A stretch of DNA of 64,000 bases from Eledone cirrhosa. Taxonomy: Eukaryota. Positions 24,911 to 38,749 of the stretch are shown one piece after another (the stretch's first letter is position 1; the number at the start of each line of letters is the position of its first letter). The notes under the pieces are model-generated. The model was given only the letters and a program-made list of their open reading frames with translations. It did no database searches and was not told the DNA's origin. The stretch covers positions 271,994,001-272,058,000 of the forward strand of contig OZ024743.1 of NCBI GenBank assembly GCA_964016885.1, in the 5' to 3' direction. The translations under genes were made by a program, and so were the position numbers.

Positions 24911-26215
24911 TATATACACATATATATAAACACACACAGATAATCATTACATTTCAGGAACACGTTTTGGAGCTGGATTAACCATAAACCAAAATAATCA
25001 TATGCTAAAGGAATCAAGGGAAGACGGGTACTGTTTTATTCAAAATAAACTTATTTGTCATTCTAAAAGTTTTTTTTTTTTGTTTTTTTTGCAGATTTTA
25101 TATATGGAGGAGTAGATATCAATGTCTTAAGTGCTTAGGACAAGGCAATAAGACAAGGAAGGCGAAATGACAACAAAAGACAGTCTTTTGACTGAAGTAA
25201 CACAGGGTGCCAAGGCATGTAAATAGAACAGATACAGTTATGTATGAAAGGATCTCTGTGGTGAAAGAAACTGGCAGAGTCATTTGAATAATGTCCTAAA
25301 ACAAAAAGATAAGGGAGAGAGGCAAAGATGAGGTGATCTCAGGTGAAAATAGGTTGTAAAAGGATGAGAATGGATGAGACTGGGCTAGGAGGAGGTAGAA
25401 CTGCATTCTAGGAAGAAGTAGATTTTCATTAGTTTGTAGTATAAACTAAAGTTATATAGGGAGAGTGGAAAAGACAAGTGACACAAACAGAACAAATGTT
25501 AAATTTTTTTCCCACAAATAACATCTGTGTTTCTTTCTTATATCCTTTATTCTGTTAATGGTACGTTTCTACAGAAATGTTGTACACAGCTGTGATAATT
25601 TTTGCCAGTAATGATGTTATTTTATATTTAGCTGAATATATCCTTGGGACATACATATTCACACAAATATATCTGTTTTGTTCTACATGACTCTCAGCTT
25701 AAGTCTAATTAAAATTGACAATTCTAAAAAGCCAGTTTAATAGTATGATTAATACATAATAGAAAATAAGTAAATATTTTATTGAACAATTTGAAATAAC
25801 CTCAACAGAAGACAGTCTTTATATTAAAATCATAATGAATTCTTCAATAGCTGAGATATTCATGTGTCATTCACCTTTTTGATAAAATCGTTTGAATCTG
25901 GCTATGGTTCTAAAATACAAAGCTGTTGTAAGAACATTTGTCAAGTTATGCTCCAAACAGCAGCTTAATGAGAAAGCTAGTTATGTTACTAACTCCATCC
26001 AAATTCTTGAGTATTTTTAAATGTTTGAAAATCATAGGCAGTGTCATTCATTAGAAATATGATAATGAAAGTGTCAATAAAAACTGCTAATTAGATAGTA
26101 TACCAAAAAAAATCCAATTAGAAATTTCATCAAATTAAAATATTAAATTTTTAACACACATTAAACTTGAACTGAATATATTAGTCTTATATCAATTGCA
26201 TTGGAACTGTGTTAA

Positions 26216-26422
26216 CCCTTTAGTATTTAAACTGGCCATATCCAGCTAGAATTCTCTCACCTCTTTCTGTTCAAATCAGCCATAACTGGCTGCTCATACT
26301 TATGTTAAGGTATTGTTCTAAAAATAAATAATATCAAAATCTCATAGATTCAATATTATGTGAGATAATTATGTTTACCATGTTTACAATAGTAAATATA
26401 GAGTAATGTAAATGCTGAAGGG
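26216..26422 (+). mobile_element. piggyBac-type MITE family 1
   Basis: TTAA-CCCTTTAGTATTTA...TAAATGCTGAAGGG-TTAA. Confidence 0.88.
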
Positions 26423-26709
26423 TTAATGACCAAGTTATAAAGATTGCAATGAAAATGTTGACACCATAAAATAAATGATAGATGTAAAGTGAATTTAATA
26501 GATTTTCGTGTGGTCTTTGAATGGTGCAATTGCTTTAATTTCAATAGTCAATTACCAAACATATATAAGTCCGAAATATTCTCAAATAATTTTAAGGAAA
26601 CGGAAATATTTAAAAATAATTTCAAGAGTTCCTTGTAATATTTTAGTAGTAAGGCTAAAATAATGAATATTTCCAAAGTATATTATTGTAGTATTTTACT
26701 TGAGATACA

Positions 26710-27141
26710 AATAAAGCACACAGTGCATCCTGTAAGGTGGTAGTGTTGGTTCCACGAAAAAAAAGCATCTAGTCTACCCTGTAAGATAGTTGGGCTGGTG
26801 CAACAAAAAAAAGCACCCAGTCCACTTTGTAAAGTGGTAGTGCTAGTACCATGACAAAAAGTACCCTGTCCACCATGTAAAGTGATTATACTGGTACCAT
26901 GACAAAAATCACCCAGTACATACTGTAAGGTGGTTGTACTGGTGTAATGAAAAACAAGCACTCAATAAGGTGATTGAAATTAGGAAGGGCATCTAATCAT
27001 AGAAAACCAAGCTAAAAACAGAGTGTACAAGCAAGTGGTAGTCACCTGACTAGTCTAGCCTCATATCATGACAGCTCGTCTAACCTATACAAGAATGGAA
27101 AATAGACGTTGAATAGTAATGATGATGATGATGATGATGAT
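26710..27141 (+). mobile_element. RTE-type 3' tail with about 5 expanded 48-bp units and (GAT)n end
   Basis: Units 'cccagtccac.ctgtaa.gtggtagtgct.gtaccatgacaaaaa', then 'ggaaaatagacgttgaa..(gat)n'. Confidence 0.7.
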
Positions 27142-27528
27142 TGTGTAAGATGCAGAAGACTTAGTAAATTAAGAACGATAATAGTATTGAGAATTGGATT
27201 GCTGAGAACATCGATATTTTACAGATACAATTAATCAGTTTACAGTGAAATGAAGTAGAACAGTAAATTTCATTTAAACTGTCATATTATATTTTCTATC
27301 TTCATGGGTTTTTGTTGTTTTTGGTTTTCCTTCTAACATTAGACGTTAACAGTAGAAGAGAGAAAATAATGTTACCAACATTTTTCACTTTTGATTGATG
27401 ATTCTCTATTTAACTTATCTTTTCTAAATCTTGCTTTTATAATTTAATCATTATTGTTTCACTATTTCAATATCTTATCCACATTTCCCTGAAAAGCCAC
27501 AACTTCAGATCAGAAAGGAAACCATAGA

Positions 27529-27824
27529 CTAGGGACCGGGGACATGTAGCTTTGAAGCTACATGTGGTTCTTTAAACCTATCTCAAGTGGCTCTGAGGTA
27601 CTCTGAAATTATTTTTTATGACTTTATTTTTATTTATTTATTTATTTTTCTTGTAATAAGATAAAACCCACAACATTTGATCTGAACATTGAAGCAATTT
27701 CAGAAAAGATTCAAAGCCAAAAGTTGCAAGGAGTAGGAAACAAGTTAGCTAAATTCATATTTTCTTCTACGTGTTTTTGTTTAACTAAAAATGGCTCTCC
27801 AGACTGAAAAGGTTTCCAACCCTT
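27529..27824. mobile_element. hAT(Charlie)-like MITE, decayed
   Basis: Ends 'ctagggaccggggacat' / 'aaaaggtttccaacccttg' with subterminal 'tggctct' motifs. Confidence 0.5.
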
Positions 27825-28708
27825 GTATATTTTATCATACATATTGTTTGGCTTTCAAACTATTTCTAACTTTATTATAACACTGCTTTAAAATTATTTC
27901 AAAACCAATTAAAATTTCCAATCTACATCAAAACCAGATGGTAAGATAAAGGGCCTTTAATCTCTGAGGGAGTCATCCTCACATACTTGGGCATCTTAAA
28001 CTTGATAGAGCCCATCCCTCTCCAGTTATGAACACAACTGGTTCCTTCATGTATAAGAAAGACAATCGATCCAGTACTGGACTAGTACTTTGTTTATCGA
28101 CCTCGAAAGGATGAATGGAAAAAGTGACCATGGCAAGGTTTGAACTCAAAGCAGTGAGCCAGAACAAATACCAAGGCATTTATAATCCAACACCCTGACT
28201 CTGCCAATTCACCACCTTATACCACATGGATTACAGTAGGGTTTGAACTCCTGATCTTTCTGACCAGTCCTTAAATTTAATAACTATTGTCTGGTTTAAC
28301 ATCCACCACCTTCACTTGCATTCTTTTAAAGTCTACTCTGTTGCAAGCATTCAGACTTGGTCTCTGGTTTAAGGATACTTCACTCCATCCTTCCAACTAG
28401 TCTCAGGATGGGGAAAGGGGGTTGTTAAAGGTCATGGGCACAACCTTTCCCTCCTAGTGTAAACCAGTAAAAAAAAGAATTTATTGATACATGGAAATGT
28501 GGACTCAACAAGCACAGGCAACTCATCTTGGAGTATAGTAACTCTAAATAAAAATAGATACAGAGTAGACGGGACACTTTAGTCCAGTCACAGATGACTT
28601 TTCTAGTGCTGGTAGCATGATAACACGCACCCAGTCCATGCTGCAAAGCTTTTGGTAATAGGAAAGAAATCTAGACATTAAAATGATAAATTCTCCCTGA
28701 AATTGCAC

Positions 28709-29148
28709 CCTACTACTACTACTACTAAATTCATCCACTTCTTTGTTGTAACATGATAAAACCTTTCCATCTCACATGATCAAGCATTAACTGTCTCAGT
28801 TCTTTACCAGATAGTTCTGCATCTTCCTCAATGACTCGCTTTAATGTTTTGAGTGGTCTTCTGTATTTGTGTTTCACATTAGTGGGCACCCATAGTATAA
28901 ATGTTGTAGCAGATTCATTGTCTCTCATGACATGACTTGCAATTTGAAGATCCCTGGTGAATGGACAGGAAGTTGCCATAGAGAATTTTGATTGTAACAC
29001 ACTCAAGCGATTTAATGTTTCTTATCCTTCTTAGCATTTGTGTGTAGCAACCATCTAAAGATTTTGTGAAAGATATTGTCACCAACCATGATTCATAGGA
29101 ATACAGTAAAAGGGCTGAGGAACTCAGGAGAGTCAACGGCCATCCTAT
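28709..29148 (-). mobile_element. RTE-group LINE 3' end with (TAG)n tail (third family)
   Basis: LLYSYESW..TKSLDGCYTQMLRRI..ILWVP....RRPLKT..IEEDA..ELRQLMLDHVRWK, ends in (TAG)n. Confidence 0.8.
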
Positions 29149-29427
29149 AGTATTTATATACATATGTACGTATGTACGTACGTATGTGTGTGTGAGTGTG
29201 CATGTGTGTGAGTGTGTGTGTGTGAGTGTGAGTGTATGTGGTGTGTGAGAGTGTGAGAGTGTGATGATGAGTGTGTGTGTCTGTGTGTGCCTGAGTGTGA
29301 CTGTGAGTGTGTGAGAGTGCATGACCTTTGCATTATAACTTTTGAAACTTTTATAATTTTTAAACATTTTACTACTTTTTATTAAAACTTTTTATAATAA
29401 CTTTTCAACTTTTAAAACTTGTTTCTT

Positions 29428-29552
29428 TTTTGTCGCTGATGGAGAAGCTTGCATGGTTCAGCCATCTGGAAAGCTATGCTGGTGGGAGTTTAACTCCGGG
29501 TAGAGTCACCCAAGCCAGACATATCAAAAGGAAGAAGCCAGACTAAGCTAGC
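29428..29552 (+). mobile_element. RTE-type LINE 5'UTR remnant
   Basis: 'ttgtcgc..ggagaagcttgcatg..agctatgctgg..gagtcacccaagccagaca..ccagac' follows the motif order I recall for BovB/RTE 5' ends; not aligned. Confidence 0.5.
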
Positions 29553-29997
29553 AATTGAAAAAAAAAGACTTTTTTTGTGGGTAGTTGTAGTCACACTGGC
29601 AGGTATTGACAAAGCATTATTTTGGCTTTGTGTACATCACAGCTTCTTGCAGGTGCATCTGCTCTAGTTAGCAGAAAACTAGAATGCAACAACAGAAGTG
29701 GCTATTCATTGTTGCAGTATTTTACCTAACCATTAGAAAACATGACCAGACTACCTGATAAAATTAAAGAAAAGACGTTTGATAATGTAATACTAGATAT
29801 GTTCCTAGAAAGACAATATAGTCACAGCCAGAATACTTTTGATCACAGATCTGTCCAATGAAGGCTGAAACAGATACTACATGGTATCAAATCTGACACT
29901 GTCATTACATTTAAACCACTGCCATGGACTAGTATTTATTTTCAGACAAAGTATATTTAAGTCTCCATTATTCAATATACTCTTCCTTTTTTTTAAT

Positions 29998-30285
29998 GTA
30001 GAGGCACATGGCCTAGTAGCAAGGGTGTTGGACTTATGATCATAATGTCGTGGGTTTGATTCCTGGGCTGAATTGCATGTTGTGTTCTTGAGCAAAACAC
30101 TTCATTTCATGTTGTTCCAATATACTTAGCTGAAAATGAGTGCCAGCAATAGCTGGGGGTTTAACCCTGCAAGGACTGGCATCCTTCCAGAAGGGAGTCT
30201 TGTACTCTCAGTCACTTCACGCCATGAAACTGGGATAAGCACCGGCCTAACAAGCTTTCTGGCTTAAGACAGACTTTAGCTTTTT
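29998..30285 (+). mobile_element. tRNA-derived SINE (V/CORE-like body)
   Basis: 'gaggcacatggcctagtagc..gggtttgattcc..gtgttcttgagcaaaacacttcatttcat'. Confidence 0.75.
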
Positions 30286-31439
30286 TTAATGGTAGAGTGG
30301 GATTCAAGGATGACTAGGTTGGCTGTTATTTCTAGCAAGGCAAGCAAGCACATAGAAGTATCTTCATTGGTTTATAAGAAAGAGTTGTTCAATAGCCATG
30401 GTTGATTCTGCTGGATAAAATTTAATAATATAGAGATAGTAACATCATACATTGACACACACACTGCATGTACATACATACTACACACACAAGTTGTGGA
30501 CTGTATCCTTCGCTCCTTTCCCACCACCACCAAGGCCATGTGACTGATAAATCCATATTCACTGAAACATAACTATTAATCTGTCAATGAGCTGTTTCCT
30601 CTGTCTTTAACTACTACCACCATCACTATTACTACTACTATTACCACCACTACTACCACATGTACTCTGTCACTGCCACCACCACCACCACAACTACTAC
30701 TACTACCATCACTTCCATCATGACCACTACTATTACTAATATCAGTTCTACAATACACATTTTCTGTTATATATGGACTTATAACTCCTAATGGAGTCAT
30801 AGGGGTGCTGTAGTGACATACAGCGTGTCTTTGGGCTTTCTAAAACTTAATGGAGCACATCCCCTCTCTATGCCTAAACACAGTCCATTATTTCAGCTTC
30901 CTCTACACGGAATGTTTAAATCCCACTTTTCATCTTTGTGATCATTATCATCACCACCATTTAGCATCCATTTTTCTATGCTTGCATGGGTTAGACGGGT
31001 CATTCATGCTGGGAAGCAAGTCTGCCCTGAGTTGGCTGCACTATACCTTGCTCCGACGAGGACTGTAAATTTAGCCGGGTATTTTACAGCTGGATGACCT
31101 TCCTAACACCAACCACATTTACAGCGTGGAACTGGATGGCTCTGTTATGAGGAGGGACAGGCCAGTTGGCCGCTCTGAACCAGTCTCACATTTTGTAAAT
31201 AAATTAAGCCCCAAACTAGTAGCAAAGGTTAATTCTTCTCTTTTTCTGGATTGTATGTGTAATTTAAATGTCCAGTCTCGTCACATCATGTTGTGTTGAC
31301 TTGGCTCAATAGTTGCATTAAAGGTATTCTGCTAATGCAGTAAGATGTGGACTGCTTACAGCAAACACATGAATCATTTTCGCAGCACGTTTCCACAGTT
31401 CATTATGCCTTACGTGGTAAGATAAAGGTTCTAGACACA

Positions 31440-31790
31440 AAAATGGCTCCAATGGACAAAATGTCTTCAATACAAACCCTGCTGGAAAATAACTGAATTC
31501 ACTGGACAACTCATATTGTCCACATGAATACTACAAAGACACCAAAACAATTCCTCTATAGTGAGCTTGCTATAGGGAAGAAAACAACTGGCGGCCAGAA
31601 AAAGTGCTACGTGTATAGCCTGAAAGTAACATTTACAGTTATGAGTATAGATATAAAATCTTGAAAATAGTTTGCTCAGAACAAGGTCCTATATGGAGCA
31701 CCCTGATCCATAAAAATGTTATATGATCTAAAGAGACATGCATTCAAACAGTGAAACCAAATGTGAGCTTCTCAAAGCCCAGTCAGCTGG
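31440..31790 (+). mobile_element. Decayed RTE(BovB-like) fragment
   Basis: WTTHIVHM..KTPKQFLYSELAIGKKTTGGQKKCYVYSLK matches 'W.GHV.RM...R.PK..LYGEL..G.R..GGQ.KR.KD.LK'. Confidence 0.7.
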
Positions 31791-31929
31791 CACTTCAAAT
31801 AAAGCTTATATACCAAACATGCGGGGCATTGCATACCTATTCTAACCGGGATACAAAAACCATATATGTATGTATAATATATGTAAGCTTAATGCAAACA
31901 TGTACACACTACATAGACAGCTGTCCACT

Positions 31930-32958
31930 ATCATCATCATCATCATCATCGTTTAACGTCCATCTTCCATGCTTGCATGGGTTTGGACGGGAGTTTTCCC
32001 ACTTGAGGCAAGATTGGTTGTCTTGTTCGTATGGGACTGTCTGGCGGGTTTTCTACGGCTGGATGCCCTTCCTAACACCAACGACGTTTACAGTGTGGAC
32101 TAGGAGGTTTTTACCGTGTTACCTACACGGCCACATTACAGCGTGGACTGTGTGTTTTTTTTTGTCGTGACACCTACACGACCTCATTTGTTTCGGACTG
32201 GATGTTGTGGTACCAACATAACTTTACATTGAAGGGGTGGTGTGGATGGAGTAGGGGTAGTGGGACGGGGGTGTATTTTTGTTAGAGGTGCCTACTGACT
32301 GTAGGTTTCGCTTTGTACTTAGGCAAGGCGGGTCTTCTGTATTACTGTGTAGTGCCAAAGATGTCCAGTGACATTGTCTTGGAGAGGTGTAAGTGTGTGA
32401 GGTCGGAATTTATCAAGTTGTCCCAGGTTTTTCTGGGTCTGCCTACTCCGTGGCTACCGTCTATTTTTATCGCCCTGCACTTTTTTATACAGCTGTCGTC
32501 TTTCATGCGCATCACGTGACCGTACCAACGTAGTCTTCTCTCAAGTAAACAACATCTGATCCCTCTTATTCCTAATTTATCACTTAGTTCGTTTATGCTT
32601 TGCCATTCACATATATTACTATTACACATCTAGCGGAGCATGCAAGCTTCGTTCCTCTCCAGTCTGCGTATATACTCTGCACACAATGCCCAGGTCTGAC
32701 TGCCATGTAACATTGCTGTTCGTATGCAGGCATCATACAGCCTGCCTTTCATTTTTAGAGAGAACCCTTTAGCGGCCAATAGTGGTATAAGCTCTCTGAA
32801 CTTTTTCCATCCCGTTCTGACTCTAGCTACTGTACTTTCAGAGTACCCTCCCCCACTGCTGATTTTGTCACCCAGGTAACGGAAGGTGTCCACTATTTCT
32901 ATAGAACCATCTGTGCAATGGAATGAGCTAGTAATCTGTGGGCACTTGCTGCTACTTA
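31930..32958 (-). mobile_element. 5'-truncated copy of the young RTE family
   Basis: Close reverse complement of ~51226-52248, including 3'UTR and (GAT)n tail. Confidence 0.95.
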
Positions 32959-34542
32959 GTATAGGTTAATTAGAATTTTGAACATCAGACAGGACTGCAA
33001 TCTGACAGGTGCACCAGTAACTTTTAAAGATTTGGCTACTAAGGGATAAAGAAACACAAGATACATATATCTTTCGACCTAAGTATGATGGCACATATAA
33101 ACAACACGAAGATACCTGTGTAACTAATGGACACGGTTAGGGATGGATTAACCATTAAGCAAACTAGGCTCATGCTTAGGGCAACAAGAGAAGAGGGGCA
33201 CCATTTATTCCAATTAAATGTATTTATCATTCAAAATAACTTTTTTTTTTTTTTTTGCAGACTTTATATATGGATAGCAGCATAATATTTTAAATGTCCT
33301 CAAAAGGAGGTAATTATTTCTGTACCTGAATCGAACTCCCAACAAACTATGGATTCATGAAACCTAATTAATTATAAATCCAAAGTTATGGTTTTCATTG
33401 GTCACTGATGGATGAACAACAACACATGACTGTGAAATATTCAACAATGTACACATTGATTTCACATATTCAGTTGGTCAAACAACTGAGTGTTCATCGT
33501 TGTAACTGGTGGAGAACCCACAAATATGTTTGCATTATAATTACCACCCTAACCATACATTCATATGTCCAAAAGCAACACACATTATAATAATACCAAA
33601 TTGGCATAACCACTTTTTTGCGCTTAAAAAAAAAACATTCAGCTTTTGAATTTTTAAAAATTACTTTTACATTTCTTTTCTTTTTTTTTATATTCTCAAA
33701 TAAAAATAGAATTCTTCCAATACTATTTTTTTATTTTTATGTTGTTATGTATCTGTATATATATATTTATTACTTTAGTTTTCCATGTAATGTCAACATT
33801 AGCTGAGATTGAACAATTGAGTTGTCAGAACCAGCCGATTAGTCCAAACAATAGAATATAGAGGAGAAAAAAAATTCAGATCTTTTTCTTTGAATTGAAT
33901 CATCTATTTGATATTAAAAGAAGCTTGTTTGTGAAGCCAGTATGGGTTAAGCTCGCTCCAACCAGCGAGTTCACAGGATCGTAAATAAAGGCCACATATA
34001 CATGGTGATCACAGCCATTCAATGTGGATATTGTCAAGTTAGTCGTGATCCTCACTGCGACAGACACCATACATGCAAGAAGCAAGATCCAACTTGATTC
34101 GACTAATACAAAAACTGTATTGACTGTGTAAACAATGTCTGGATGTAGACAGGTTGAAGATTCATCAGTTTCTTCTATTGGTTATGTAAATACTGTCTAG
34201 CCAGTGACCCAGTTGTTGAAGTTAGACCAATCTGGAATGTTGTTCCTTTAGTTTTGTTAAGATATGTCACAATTTTCTCTACCTTCAACCTGCCTCCCCC
34301 CACTCCCCAAGACACCGCATAGACAGGCCTTTACTGCACCATTTAAGGTGGTCAAAAGATGGTAGGATTATAGCTCTTAAGTAGGCTTCAATGGGAGAAA
34401 GGCAGGAGATAGCTTGAAGGTCAATGATACTTTTGTGATCAGTTAGCTTCAAGCTTGTTATAAGTCACATAACATGATTTTGAAAGGGCGCCACATTTGG
34501 AGGGATTAAGTGAAGTAGCAATCATTATTAACATGGTAAGTG

Positions 34543-34723
34543 GTGGATTGGCAGTATCGGTAGAGGGTCGGACGCCATGCTTTCCAGCAGAGTTACGTCC
34601 CTTTACGATCTGAGTTCAAATCCCGCCGAGGTTGACTTTGCCTTTCATCCTTACGGGGTCGATAAAATAAAGTACCAGTAATGCACTGGGTAATTTGCTG
34701 GCCTTGTGCCAAATGTAGAAACA
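34543..34723 (+). mobile_element. Young SINE family A copy with 19-bp TSD, inserted at the head of an older SINE (34743-34895)
   Basis: ATTATTAACATGGTAAGTG at 34524-34542 and 34724-34742; intact B box GAGTTCAAATCCC; CpGs retained. Confidence 0.88.
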
Positions 34724-36910
34724 ATTATTAACATGGTAAGTGTGGTGGATTGACAGAATTGGTAGAGCATCAACTTTGGATTTCATTCTTCTAGGTGCAC
34801 TAAAATAAAGTACCAGTTAAGTACTGGGGTTGATATAATCAACTTTCCCTTTCTCCCAAATTTCTGGCCTTATGCCAGAGCTAGAAAGAATTATTAAGCT
34901 GGTGTTTGGAACATAACCTAATAAAGATTTTTATATAAAATAATGATGGAAGAGGTTTTTAGATAAATATGAACACATTAAAAAAAACCAGTTACGTATA
35001 GGAGAACCATGGGTGGTTTCATGGGATTTGGTATGAAAAGGATTAGTATAAATGCATTGAACTACTTCATATTAGAGAGACCAAGTAAATATTTATTTAT
35101 GCTATGTACATTGATGTGAGAAATAACAATAATATCAATAGCATGACCTTTCACTGATCAATAGTGGTATATATGATTTATCAATAAGTGATTACAGCAC
35201 TGAATGATCTTGAAAAAAAAACTGCTACCTGTTCTCAAATGATGAACTGCTTCATTTAAAACAAAATATTCTGCCTATAAATAGTGAAATGCTTGCAATG
35301 GATTTGAACTGGTGATCATATAATCTGATATTTCAACACACCCATTACTCTGTCACTTCACTTTTATACATTAACCTAAGCTATTTTTATTCTAAATCCG
35401 TTTAGGTGGCAAATTGACATTGTATTTATTCAAGACCCTTGTATTCTAATTTCAAATCCTATTGAGGTTAACTTTGCTATTCACCCGTCCAGGGTTGATA
35501 AAGACAGTACCAATCAAGGGCAGCAGACTGGCAGAATAATTAAAGCATCAGACATATTTGTTCTGGTTCTTTACAATCAGAGTTCAAATCCCACTGCAGC
35601 CTACTTGACTGACAGGCTTAATTTGTTTCCCAGCTAAACCTGGTCCTCTGAACGCTTTTAGTGAAGTTCACTTTGTTGTAAACATTAAGGCCACCTTCCT
35701 AGTTTAAGGACACTTTTCTCCCTCTCTTCCTCCAGTCTTTGAAGTTCACAAAAAGGGCTCATTGGCACTGCCTTTTATTTCATCATGAGTAACAGTTAAA
35801 AAAGGAATATATTTTGAGATACTGGAAAATTAGGGTGAAAAAGCAGGAGTTGGCAGTGGTTGTGAGGGCTGCTCATTTTAGGAAATGAAACATCATGGGG
35901 GGGGGGGGCACTTGAAGGGCTAGGGGAGAAATATAATGGTATGTGGAGAGGACATAGTGATATATAAGAATGGAACATGTTGTTGCATGCTTCCACAGGT
36001 TGAGATATATCACCATGGAGACTAGAAGATTGAGTGTTCAGAGAGATTAAGATGGAAAAGCAACAAAACAAAACAAAAGAAAAATGAAAGGATATTAAGT
36101 AGTGGTAGTGGTGGTGGAGATAGTGATGGCAGTGGTGGTGGTAGTGATGGCAGTGATAGTGGTGGTGGTAATTATGGCAGTGGTGGTGGTAGCAGGAGTA
36201 ATGGTAGCAATTGTGGTGTAAATGGTGATGGTGGTGGAGGTCGTCATTGCCATCACTGTTGCTGCAGTGGCAATTAAGGTGGAGGTGGTAGATGTGATGG
36301 TGGTCACAGTTGTCATTGTCTACATTGTGGTGGGAATTAAGGTGAAGGTAATAGTTGTGATGGTGATGGTCGTTGTAGTGGCAGTTAAGGTGGGGGTGTT
36401 GACTGTGGTGGTGAGTTAAGTGTAAAAATGTCTCCATCCAGCCATTGTAAGATGTCATAACTTTCAGCACCACCTTAAGCTATTTGGTTCATCATAATTA
36501 ATTAATTAATTAAAGGTGATTAAGGGTTAAGGAAATAAAGAAAATACAATAAATAAAACATTTAATAAAGAGTGGAGGGGTAAATAGGATGATGGCAAGA
36601 GGGAAAAAAGGAAGATATAATTTCTCCTTTCATCTTTTGAGCTGACATTTTTTTTTAATTTCCTGAAACACTAATGGGGGGGGGGGGGGGGTTATTCATG
36701 TATTTTTGCTGAGGTTTTTTGCATTTTTGTTTGTATTTTAAATTCATTTCATTTCTTATTTTGGTATTTTATCAGGAGGGAGGAGGGGGGGGTATTTTAT
36801 CTGGGAGGTTTTTGGTATTTATTTATTTCTCTTTTTTGATATTTTATCTGTTTGCTTATTTTTTTATTTATACTTCTAAAGGGCAAGGTGGAGTTGATGA
36901 TGATAATAAT

Positions 36911-37095
36911 TGATTCTACTTTTGGCATAAGGCCAGCAATTATCCCAGTGCATTACTGGTACTTTATTTTATCGACCCCATAAGGATGAAAGGCAAAGTT
37001 AACCTTGGCGGGATTCGAACTCAGAACATAAAGGGACATAACTATATGCTGTGAAGCAGAGTATCCGACACTCTACCGATTCTGCCAATCCACCA
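36911..37095 (-). mobile_element. SINE family A with TSD; other copies near 9565-9770, 10640-10800, 18590-18810, 28065-28220, 38652-38748, 41075-41220, 42180-42390, 52975-53080
   Basis: ATGATAATAAT on both flanks; same body as 34543-34723. Confidence 0.85.
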
Positions 37096-37825
37096 ATGAT
37101 AATAATGTCACACAGTTCCTACCTCTCTTTCTTTCATAATCCAAACCATTGAAACCACCACCAACCTTCTGCTTCCCATCACCCTCCCCCCGCCCTCCAC
37201 TGACTGACCACTGTCATAGATAATTGATTAGCCCCACCAATTATTAAGACCTGACCTGTCTCTTTTGTTTGTCTGTGTCTTTACACTAAAAGGGCAGAAG
37301 GAAGCAGAGGGAGGGGGGCAGTGTCAATAGAGTTGTTGTTGATGGTGGTTGTGATGGTGGGCAGTGATAGTGTTGGTGGTGGGTAATGATATTTACTCTG
37401 TGCAGCAAGTGTGTGAATGTGAGTGCATGGGTGTGTGTGTGTGTTGTGTATGCGTGTGAATGTGTGTGTGTGTATGGTGTCTGGGAAGGAGATGTGCTTG
37501 TATGTATGTGTGTGTACATGTGTCATTATTGTATGCATATATATTTACATGCTATTAACAATAGGATGTGAAGTTTGCTATATGCTCCACCCTGACATGT
37601 TAATACAGGTATTATTGTACATAATGAAATACACACACCTACACCTACAAAAACAACAACAGAATAATGAATAAATAAATAAAAAAGGAAGAAAGAAAGA
37701 AAATGATAATCTTCCTTTAGTATGAGTGGTCAATTCCAGAAACTTTGTTCCACCTAGTGCCAAAGTTATCATTTACATTAACTGGTAGAACAAGTTTTCA
37801 CATACCTCTTCTCTCTCTCTCATAG

Positions 37826-37862
<37 letters not shown>

Positions 37863-38079
37863 TATATATGTGTGTGTGTGTGTGTATATATATACACAAT
37901 AATTTCATTATTATTATAAGTGTATGTGTGTGTGTGTATATATATATATATATTGCTTTCGTTCATTCTCTCCTTCTCTCTCTTATTCAACAATCAATGT
38001 TTTTCAATCTTCAAAGTAAATAATTTCACCCACTCCACTCTACACCACTGTTCTTATTTTGTGTTATAGTGTTTGACAC

Positions 38080-38360
38080 CCAATCTATCCATCTAACAAG
38101 ACCCTCAAACCAACCAGTAATCTATCCATTCAACGACACAACTGACCTGCCATCTATTCAACCATCCATAAATCCAATCAGCCAACCAACAACCCATCTA
38201 TCCAACCCTCCAATCAATCAACCAACCATCCATCTACCCACCCAATAATCCATCCAACCATCCATCCATGCATATAATCAACCATCCATCCAAACAATCA
38301 ACCAAAGAACTATCCAGCCAGCCAGCCAACCAACCAACCAGCCAGTCATCAACCATCTTA
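38080..38360. repeat. Degenerate (CCAT/CCAA/CCAG)n tetranucleotide tract
   Basis: Direct reading. Confidence 0.85.
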
Positions 38361-38429
38361 CCCAAGATATAGCTCACTGAAAGAAGTAACTAACCTATCA
38401 GCAAACAACACTATAAGACCCCTCATATA

Positions 38430-38649
38430 CAGAGTGAGACAAGTAACAGGGCAATCCAATATTTATAATTCAAAATGATAATATTTACTAAAATTCTGGT
38501 CATACATTATGAAATTATACCTACATCAAACAAAAATAATTTTTTAAAATATAACGAAAGTGTTCAAAAAGCTGACCCTTGTTCGTCGATATATTGTGAA
38601 CCTTGCAATAAAAATGCATTTACTTTCCAGTTACTTATGACTCACTCTG
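38430..38649. mobile_element. Tc1/mariner-type MITE
   Basis: TA-CAGAGTGAGACAAGTAAC ... GTTACTTATGACTCACTCTG-TA: imperfect TIRs with TA TSD. Confidence 0.75.
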
Positions 38650-38749
38650 TATAATAATTGTTTCTACTTTTGGCACAAGGCCAGAAATTACCCAGTGCAT
38701 TACTGGTACTTTATTTCATTGACCCCGTAAGGATGAAAGGCAAAGTTAT

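Noticed and set aside
33992-34052. miR-2/miR-13-like sequence ATCACAGCCATT
   Set aside because: Flanking pairing gives only short imperfect hairpins of ~40 nt, too small for a pre-miRNA
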